Assembly: GCA_041579655.1 (NCBI GenBank)
Contig: JBFGFG010000001.1
Span: 1 to 34,935, forward strand
DNA length: 34,935 bases
Origin: Nitriliruptoraceae bacterium
Lineage (GTDB): Bacteria; Actinomycetota; Nitriliruptoria; Nitriliruptorales; Nitriliruptoraceae
Direction: 5' to 3'
How positions within the stretch are numbered: the first letter of the stretch is position 1; each line of letters opens with the position of its first letter. The notes below the pieces were generated by a model that did not search any database, was not told where the DNA came from, and worked only from the letters and a program-made list of their open reading frames with translations. Both the position numbers and the translations under genes were made by a program. Positions 8,431 to 15,254 of this stretch are shown in pieces.

Positions 8431-10611
8431 GTGCGTTCACCCCTCCTCCGCGCCCTGACAGCAGTCACCGCGCTCACCGCGATCGCCGCCGTGCCCGCGC
8501 TGCCGAACAGCACGCGCAACGCCGACGAGCTCGCCCCGGTGCTTGACGCTGTCGGCCGCTGCGACCCCACGGACGCCAGCCGCTGCCTGCTGCCGTTCCC
8601 CAACGACCTGTTCACGGTGCTCGACGGGCGCACCGCCACCGGCGTGCGCATCAACCTGCCCGCCGAGGGCATGCCGCGCAGCGTCGGCGCCAAGCCGATG
8701 GACGTCAGCGAGTGGAACCGCAACGACGGCTGGTCGCCGGGCTCGCCCGTGCTGACGTTCATCGAGGATCTCGACCTCGAGGGTTCGTTCGGCACCGACC
8801 GTGCGATGCTCGACACGCCGGAGCTCAGCCTCGCCGCTGATGCACCGATCGTGCTCCTCGACGCGGACACCGGCGAGCGCCACCCCTACTTCGCCGAGCT
8901 CGACACCCACCCGGCGACCGCCGACGACGAGCGCACGCTGATCATCCGTCCGCTGGTGAACTTCACCGAGAGCCACCGCTACGTGATCGGCCTGCGCGAT
9001 CTGGTCCGCACCGACGGCACGGCCGTCGAGGCGGGCGCAGCGTTCGCTGCCATCCGTGACGCCGACCTCTCCGGCGCGAAGGCCACCTCACCCGAGGGGC
9101 GCTACCGCCGTCTGCTCGGCGACCTCACCACGGCCGGCGTCGAGCGCGACGAGCTGATCCTCGCCTGGGACTTCACCATCGCCTCCGCCGAGGGGCTCGC
9201 GGGCCGCATGCTGGCGATCCGCGACCAGTCCTTCGCGATGCTCGGCGACACCGACCTCGCGGACCTCGTGGTCGAGGGTGATGCCCCGGCGTACGAGGTC
9301 ACCAAGGTCGAGCAGATCAACAACAGCGACACCGCGTACCGGGTGACCGGCACCGTGGACGTGCCGAACTTCCTCACGCTGCCGCAGGACACGGCCAACA
9401 GCGCAGGCTTCGAGTACCCCGGCCTGCCCGGAGCCGGCGACATCTACGCCCAGAACGTGCCTGGCTCCCGGTTCTACTACGGCCCCGAGAACCTCAGCCC
9501 GTCCCCCACGGACCTGCCGATGGTCAACCCGGCCGCGCCGGTGTTCACCGCCGAGTTCGTCTGCAACGTCCCGACGTCGGTGGTCACCGACGGCGTCGCG
9601 GCCCGTCCGATGCTGTACGGCCACGGGCTGCTCGGCAGCAAGGGCGAGTCGCAGGGCAGCTCGGTCGCCCGCATGCGTGAGCGCGGCTTCATGCCGTGCG
9701 GCGTGGACTGGGCCGGCATGGCCACCGAGGACGTCGCGAACGTCGCGACCATCCTCGCGGACATGGGCAACTTCCCGTCGCTCGCCGACCGGGCGCAGCA
9801 GGGCATGCTCAACTTCCTGCTGGTCGGCCGCGCGCTGGTGCACCCCGACGGCCTCGCCTCCGACCCGGCGTTCCAGCGCGAAGACGGCACCCCCGTCTTC
9901 GGCGGCGAGCTGGTGTACGACGGCAACTCGCAGGGCGCCATCATCGGTGGCGCGCTCACCGCGGTCGCCCCGGACTTCACCAAGGCCACCGTCGGCGTCG
10001 CCGGCATGAACTACTCGACGCTGCTGAACCGCTCGGTCGACTGGGAGGGCGCGTACGGCGACATCATGTACGCGTTCTACCCCGACAAGATCGACCAGCA
10101 GCTGGTGTTCGCGCTGGTGCAGCAGGTCTGGGACCGCTCCGAGACCAACGGCTACGCCGCGCACGCCACCAGCGACCCGTACCCCAACACCCCGGCCCAC
10201 CAGGTGCTGATCCACGTGGCGCTCGGCGACTACCAGGTCGCCAACGTCTCGGCCGAGGTGCAGGCGCGCACGATGGGCGCTGAGCTGCTCGGCTCGTCGC
10301 TCGCGTTCGGCCGCCACTGGGCCGACGGCTCGGCGCAGCGCATGTTCGGCTTCGACGACTTCCTCGACGGCGTCGCTCCCAGCGGCTCGGCGATGGTGTA
10401 CTTCGACTCCGGCAACCCGATCCCGCCGTCAGCCAACGTGCCGCCTGCGGCCCTCGGGCAGGACCCGCACAGCGACCCGCGCAAGGCGCCGATCGGCGCC
10501 GACCAGAAGCGCCACTTCTACGACACCGGCGTGATCCGCGACGGGCTCGCTGGCGCGGCGTACTGGACGCCCAACTGCCCGCGGGACCCTGCCGCCAACC
10601 CGGGCTGCTGA
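8431..10611 (+). CDS. secreted alpha/beta-hydrolase-fold protein (esterase/lipase-like), 726 aa
   Basis: GTG start with GGGAGG 5 nt upstream. Signal-peptide-like N-terminus MRSPLLRALTAVTALTAIAAVPA. GNSQG nucleophile elbow with downstream Asp/His candidates. Cys pairs near both termini. Confidence 0.72.
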   Translation: MRSPLLRALTAVTALTAIAAVPALPNSTRNADELAPVLDAVGRCDPTDASRCLLPFPNDLFTVLDGRTATGVRINLPAEGMPRSVGAKPMDVSEWNRNDGWSPGSPVLTFIEDLDLEGSFGTDRAMLDTPELSLAADAPIVLLDADTGERHPYFAELDTHPATADDERTLIIRPLVNFTESHRYVIGLRDLVRTDGTAVEAGAAFAAIRDADLSGAKATSPEGRYRRLLGDLTTAGVERDELILAWDFTIASAEGLAGRMLAIRDQSFAMLGDTDLADLVVEGDAPAYEVTKVEQINNSDTAYRVTGTVDVPNFLTLPQDTANSAGFEYPGLPGAGDIYAQNVPGSRFYYGPENLSPSPTDLPMVNPAAPVFTAEFVCNVPTSVVTDGVAARPMLYGHGLLGSKGESQGSSVARMRERGFMPCGVDWAGMATEDVANVATILADMGNFPSLADRAQQGMLNFLLVGRALVHPDGLASDPAFQREDGTPVFGGELVYDGNSQGAIIGGALTAVAPDFTKATVGVAGMNYSTLLNRSVDWEGAYGDIMYAFYPDKIDQQLVFALVQQVWDRSETNGYAAHATSDPYPNTPAHQVLIHVALGDYQVANVSAEVQARTMGAELLGSSLAFGRHWADGSAQRMFGFDDFLDGVAPSGSAMVYFDSGNPIPPSANVPPAALGQDPHSDPRKAPIGADQKRHFYDTGVIRDGLAGAAYWTPNCPRDPAANPGC

Positions 10612-10633
10612 GCACCGCAACTTCCCCTGAAGC

Positions 10634-10669
10634 GAAGAGAGCCCCGACCTCACGGTCGGGGCTCTCTTC
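10634..10669. terminator. 16-bp perfect hairpin between convergent genes (bidirectional terminator candidate)
   Basis: GAAGAGAGCCCCGACC-TCAC-GGTCGGGGCTCTCTTC. It lies 23 nt after the 10611 stop and 12 nt after the 10682 stop. Confidence 0.75.
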
Positions 10670-10681
10670 GTGTGCGCGAAC

Positions 10682-11875
10682 CTAGTGGGAGCCGAGGCCC
10701 AGCACGTAGCCGACGGGGTTGCCGAGCAACGTCGGCTTCGGCTTGGGCGGCGGGGCGCTCGGGTCATGGAGCCGCGGATGGTCGGCCGTGTTCCAGTGCT
10801 TCGCGAGGTACGAGCCGCTGCGAGGCGAGGGGTGGAAGTAGTCGTCGCCACGGCAGTCGAGCAGCCGGTCGTTGGCGTCACCGGCACCGGAGGTGCTGCC
10901 GTCACCGTCGCGGCACACCACCTGCATCGTCGTGCCCGCCCCGTCGTCGTAGCACAGCAGGTCCTGCTCGTCGGAGCAGTGTCCGCGCGACGTGCCGTGC
11001 GGCGCCGAGCGCTGGACCGCGCCCAGGGTGTGCATCAGCTCGTGCGCCGCGATCGAGTGGTAGCCCTTGTCGCCGGCGCTCCAGCACGGTGTGTCGACCC
11101 GCGCGTAGCCGGCGCTGCGGGTGGAGACGTTGTTGGTCCCGCTGTCGTCGCGCGGTGCCGTGGCGATGCCGCAGTAGCGGGTGCTCTCCACGAACAGCAT
11201 GTAGCTCCGGTCGCGCCGGTCGTAGCCACGGTCCGCGAGCTCGCTGATCGTCCTCGAGAAGTCGGTGAGGGCCGCGCTCGACACGGCGACCGAGCTCACC
11301 ACCGCGTCGCAGCGGCTGTCGGTGCGCCAACGGACGCGGCGCTCGCCGCCGAGACGCTCGGCCGACGCCTGGACCGTCCACTCCACCTGCTCGACCCATC
11401 TGCGGATCGACGCGACGCGCGACGACGACGCAGCCGGACGGCCGGGGCCTCGCACGTACAGCACCTCCACGCGCTGACCGTCGGCCCCGGAGCCGATGCA
11501 GCCGATCGATCGCTGCGCCACGGCGTCGCCGGGCGAGTTGCCGTTCGCCGCGGCGGCAGGGGCGTGGTCCGGCCCGTGCGTGCACAGCCCCAACGGCAGC
11601 GCGTCGAGCCCGTCGCACACGGGGCTGATCGGCACCGTCACCGTCGGGGCGGAACGCAACGCTGCGAACGCAGCGTGCACGTGCCCCTCGGACTCAGCGG
11701 GTGCAGCGTCGTAGCGCTCGTCGTCCGTGGACTCGCCCTCCGGGATGACGAGCTCGCTCACCGTGTCGCCGACGTTGGTGAGCGTCGCGCGCACGACGGT
11801 CGGGCTGGCCGGGAGCGATGCGATCGCGACGCCGGCCGCGACGAGAAGGAGAGCTCTGGCCATCCGGGGACTCAT
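10682..11875 (-). CDS. secreted Cys-rich zinc metalloprotease candidate (HExxH)
   Basis: HELMHTLG motif encoded at 11040..11054 and beyond. Signal-like N-terminus MSPRMARALLLVAAGVAIA from ATG 11875 (GGAG upstream). Ten Cys in the mature part. The track ORF start 11908 is probably too far upstream. Confidence 0.7.
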   Translation of the reverse strand: MSPRMARALLLVAAGVAIASLPASPTVVRATLTNVGDTVSELVIPEGESTDDERYDAAPAESEGHVHAAFAALRSAPTVTVPISPVCDGLDALPLGLCTHGPDHAPAAAANGNSPGDAVAQRSIGCIGSGADGQRVEVLYVRGPGRPAASSSRVASIRRWVEQVEWTVQASAERLGGERRVRWRTDSRCDAVVSSVAVSSAALTDFSRTISELADRGYDRRDRSYMLFVESTRYCGIATAPRDDSGTNNVSTRSAGYARVDTPCWSAGDKGYHSIAAHELMHTLGAVQRSAPHGTSRGHCSDEQDLLCYDDGAGTTMQVVCRDGDGSTSGAGDANDRLLDCRGDDYFHPSPRSGSYLAKHWNTADHPRLHDPSAPPPKPKPTLLGNPVGYVLGLGSH

Positions 11876-12031
11876 CTGCACGGTCACTCCAAGTGAGGGG
11901 CTAGTCACTTAAGGCTATCAACCTCTATAGAGTTATGCAACAAAGAGCACCAAAGTGACTACAGAGAGTCAGACTACACGACGACCGCGCGCTGTCCGAG
12001 GGGGCGCCCGGACGGCCGTACGCTCCCGACC
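11876..12031. promoter_or_regulatory. AT-rich divergent promoter region
   Basis: The core 11909..11980 is about 42% G+C by hand count, against over 70% in flanking DNA. It contains TAnnnT-type -10 candidates (TAGAGT, TATAGA) and an 8-bp inverted repeat AGTCACTT (11903..11910) / AAGTGACT (11953..11960). Confidence 0.4.
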
Positions 12032-13519
12032 ATGAGCTCACGCGCCGCCGCCTCCCTCGTCTTCGTGACGTCCGCCGCCGTCTTGGTCCTCGAGACCCTT
12101 GCCGGCCGCCTCCTCGCCCCCTACGTGGGGGTCACCTTGGAGACGTTCACGGGCATCATCGGCACCATCCTCGCCGGTATCTCGCTGGGTGCCTGGCTGG
12201 GTGGTCGTGCTGCTGACCGCGCCGACCCCGGTCGCCTACTGGGGCCGCTGATCGCCGTCGGCGGGGCGCTGTCGATGCTGTCGATCCCGATCGTCGACAC
12301 CCTCGGCGCCGGGCTGCGCGGCGGGGACGCCGTCACGATCGTCACGCTGACGACGCTGGGCTTCTTCGCGCCGGCCGCCGTGCTGTCCGCCGTGTCCCCA
12401 GTCATCGTCAAGCTGCGGCTCGACGACCTCGGCGAGACCGGCGCGATCGTCGGGCGCCTCTCCGCCATCGGCACCGCGGGCGCGATCGTGGGCACCTTCG
12501 TGACCGGCTTCGTGCTGGTGTCGAACTTCCCCACGCGCCCGACCCTCCGCGGCGTCGCCGGCGGGTTGGTGGTGCTCGGCGTGGTGCTGGCGTTCCGCGC
12601 CCCGGGCTCGCGTTCCCGCAGCCCCCAGCTCGCCGTGGCCGCCGTCGTGCTCAGCGGGCTCTCGCTGCTGAGCACCGGCCCGTGCGAGTTCGAGTCGCCG
12701 TACTTCTGCGCCACGATCGAGGTGGACGAGGCGCGCCCGAGCGGACGCGTGCTGCGCCTCGACACCCTGCGACACAGCTACGTCGACCTCGACGACCCCA
12801 GCTACCTCGAGTTCACCTACGCCCAGACGCTCTCGGACGTGATCGCGGCCACCTACCCCGACGGCGAGGCGATCGACGCCGTGCACATCGGTGGTGGTGG
12901 CTTCACCTTCCCGCGCTACCTGCGCGCCGAGCACCCCGGCACCGTCTCGACCGTGCTCGAGCTCGACCCGCTGCTGGTGCAGCTCTCGATCGACGAGCTC
13001 GGCTTCGTGCCGGGCGGGGACGTGCGCATCGTGACCGGCGACGCCCGGTTGACGCTCGCCGACCTGCCCGACGGGGAGGCCGACCTGGTGATCGGCGACG
13101 CGTTCGGTGGGGTCTCGGTGCCGTGGCACCTCACCACCGAGGAGTTCATCCGGCTGGTGAAGGCGAAGCTGCGGCCCGACGGCACCTACGCCCTGAACAT
13201 GATCGACTACGGCCCGCGCGACTTCGCCCGCGCCGAGCTCGCGACGCTCGCTGCGGTGTTCGAGCACGTTGCCGCGTTCACCCCGGCGGAGCGGCTCGGC
13301 CCGCGCGACGACAGCGAGGGTGGCAACTTCGTCATCGTGGCGTCGGACAGCCCCATCGACGTCGCCGGGATCCTGGCCCGTAACGCCGCTCGCGGCGACG
13401 ACGAGGCCGCGATCTCGACCGCCGACGGATCGCTCCGGGCTTTCGTCGGTGACGCCGCGGTGCTGATAGACGACGATGCCCCCGTCGACCAGCTGCTGAC
13501 ACCCCTCCCCGAGGCGTGA
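12032..13519 (+). CDS. fused membrane (MFS-like) / spermidine-synthase-like methyltransferase-fold protein
   Basis: 495 aa. The N-terminal ~200 aa are hydrophobic helices. The C-terminal half has a class-I MTase/spermidine synthase pattern (VHIGGGGFTFPRYL, VLELDP, IVTGDARL, DLVIGDAF). Confidence 0.82.
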   Translation: MSSRAAASLVFVTSAAVLVLETLAGRLLAPYVGVTLETFTGIIGTILAGISLGAWLGGRAADRADPGRLLGPLIAVGGALSMLSIPIVDTLGAGLRGGDAVTIVTLTTLGFFAPAAVLSAVSPVIVKLRLDDLGETGAIVGRLSAIGTAGAIVGTFVTGFVLVSNFPTRPTLRGVAGGLVVLGVVLAFRAPGSRSRSPQLAVAAVVLSGLSLLSTGPCEFESPYFCATIEVDEARPSGRVLRLDTLRHSYVDLDDPSYLEFTYAQTLSDVIAATYPDGEAIDAVHIGGGGFTFPRYLRAEHPGTVSTVLELDPLLVQLSIDELGFVPGGDVRIVTGDARLTLADLPDGEADLVIGDAFGGVSVPWHLTTEEFIRLVKAKLRPDGTYALNMIDYGPRDFARAELATLAAVFEHVAAFTPAERLGPRDDSEGGNFVIVASDSPIDVAGILARNAARGDDEAAISTADGSLRAFVGDAAVLIDDDAPVDQLLTPLPEA

Positions 13520-13557
13520 CGCAGCCCGGCCACCAGCCACCCACCGACGGAGCCTCA

Positions 13558-14730
13558 GTGCCCAGCAGCGACAGCCCACACGTGCTCGTGCTCGGCGCCG
13601 GGTACGCCGGCGTGCACGCGGCCCGGACGGCGGGTGACGCGGGTGCCCGCGTGACGCTGGTGGACCCCACCGGCCAGCACGACCTCGCCCCACGACTGGC
13701 CGCTGTGGCCGCCGGCCGCCGACCCGCGGGGGACGCGTGGGCGCCGCTGCACGCCCTGGTCGACGCCACCCTGGTGCGCGCCCGCGCCGAGGCCGTGGAC
13801 GTCGACGGACCAGCGGTGCAGCTCGACGACGGCCGCGTGCTCGAGGCGGACGCCGTGGTGGTCACGATCGGCGCTGGCCCCAAGCTGCCGCCTGTGCCTG
13901 GTCTCGACGCGCGCGACGCGTGGACCCTGCGCGACGCACCGGACGCGCTGCGGCTGCGAGCCACGCTGCCCGACACCGACCGCCTGATCATCGTCGGCGC
14001 CGGCTCGACCGGCGTGCAGCTGGCCAGCGAGGCCGCGCTCCAGCACCGCCAGCTCGACGTCCATCTCGTCGAGGCCAGCGACCGCGTGCTCGGCCAGCTC
14101 GACGCCCCGCTCGGGCGGCGCGCCTCCACGCTGCTGCGCAAGCGCGGCGTCTGCGTGCATCTGCAGACCACCGTGGACCGCGTCATGCCGGACGGCGTGG
14201 TGCTCTGCGACGGGCAGCAGCTCGACGGTGTCGTGGTGTGGGCGACCGGCGTCGCGGCGGACGGCCACGCGCTGCTGCCCGACGCGCCCACGAGCGAGGG
14301 GCGGCTGCTGGTGGACCGCAAGCTGCGCGTCAGCGGCCGGGTGCTGGCGGCGGGCGACGTCGCCGCGACCCGAGACCTGCTGGGTCGCGTGACGGCCCAG
14401 TCCGCCCAGATCGCGGTGCAGTCGGGCCGAGCGGCCGGGCGCAACGCGGCGCTGATCGCTCGGGGTCGGCTCCCCCGCTCGGTCAGCCTGATGGACCTCG
14501 GCTGGGTCGTGGACCTCGGCGGCCGGGGCGTCGCCCAGCTCGGGCCGCTCGACGTGGCCGCGCCGTTGGTCGACCGGTTCGTCCCCGTGCTGCACGAGGC
14601 GGTGGACCTGCGCCACCTGTGGCAGACGGGCGGTGCAGCCGCCGTGCTCGGTCACGCGACCGGGCGCCACGAGCCCACCGACGCCGCGCTGCGCCGTGCC
14701 GAGCGCCCTGCGCTCCGCTCCGTCGGCTGA
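13558..14730 (+). CDS. NAD(P)/FAD-dependent oxidoreductase (NDH-2 / pyridine-nucleotide-disulfide oxidoreductase family)
   Basis: Two dinucleotide-binding motifs (VLVLGAGYAGV; IIVGAGSTGVQLA) plus AAGDVA. GTG 13558 has GGAG 5 nt upstream. The alternative GTG 13516 overlaps the upstream stop (GTGA). Confidence 0.8.
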   Translation: MPSSDSPHVLVLGAGYAGVHAARTAGDAGARVTLVDPTGQHDLAPRLAAVAAGRRPAGDAWAPLHALVDATLVRARAEAVDVDGPAVQLDDGRVLEADAVVVTIGAGPKLPPVPGLDARDAWTLRDAPDALRLRATLPDTDRLIIVGAGSTGVQLASEAALQHRQLDVHLVEASDRVLGQLDAPLGRRASTLLRKRGVCVHLQTTVDRVMPDGVVLCDGQQLDGVVVWATGVAADGHALLPDAPTSEGRLLVDRKLRVSGRVLAAGDVAATRDLLGRVTAQSAQIAVQSGRAAGRNAALIARGRLPRSVSLMDLGWVVDLGGRGVAQLGPLDVAAPLVDRFVPVLHEAVDLRHLWQTGGAAAVLGHATGRHEPTDAALRRAERPALRSVG

Positions 14731-14741
14731 CGCGCATGGCT

Positions 14742-14765
14742 CATGACGGCCGTACGGCCGTCATG
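14742..14765. terminator. 24-bp perfect palindrome / hairpin 12 nt after the oxidoreductase stop (terminator or operator)
   Basis: CATGACGGCCGTACGGCCGTCATG is its own reverse complement (10-bp stem, GUAC loop). No U-tract follows. Confidence 0.5.
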
Positions 14766-14855
14766 CACCGCCCTGCGCCCGCACCTGCCCGATTCGCCGG
14801 AGGCGCCCGGGCCACGACGAGCGCGAAGTCGGGACATACGTACCGTTGTTCACGG

Positions 14856-15221
14856 ATGACCCTGGGGGGCACCGTGCGAGTTCTTATCTGTGACGACGAG
14901 CCAGACGTGCAGCTGCTGCTGCGCCTGACCGTGCAGTCGCTGGGGCACGAGGCGATCACCGTCGGTCGGCCCAGCGAGGCCCTCGCGGCGTGCCGCAGCG
15001 CGGTGCCCGACGTCCTGCTGCTCGACGTCTCGATGCCGGAGATGGACGGCCCGGAGCTGCTCCGTCGTCTGCGCTCGCTCGGCGTCGAGCCGAAGCACAC
15101 GATGCTGGTCAGCGCCATCACGCCGGGCCAGCTACGCGAGCTCGCGATCGAGCTCGGCATCGGCTGGCTCTCGAAGCCGTTCACGACCGAGCACGTGCGC
15201 GACGCGCTGATCGCAGCCTGA
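14856..15221 (+). CDS. stand-alone response-regulator receiver (CheY-like) protein
   Basis: C-terminal 121 aa of track ORF 13737..15221. It has the acidic pocket CDDE, phospho-acceptor context LLLDVSMPEMDG and a conserved SKPF lysine, with no output domain. Start is ATG 14856, or GTG 14874 (G-rich tract upstream). Confidence 0.8.
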   Translation: MTLGGTVRVLICDDEPDVQLLLRLTVQSLGHEAITVGRPSEALAACRSAVPDVLLLDVSMPEMDGPELLRRLRSLGVEPKHTMLVSAITPGQLRELAIELGIGWLSKPFTTEHVRDALIAA

Positions 15222-15254
15222 GCTCGTCCGGCCCCGACCTCGAACCTGCCTCGC

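Noticed and set aside
13737-14855. The N-terminal 370 codons of the 494-aa ORF 13737..15221.
   Set aside because: This is an Arg-rich alternative frame of the flavoprotein gene. Only the last 121 codons show receiver-domain sequence.
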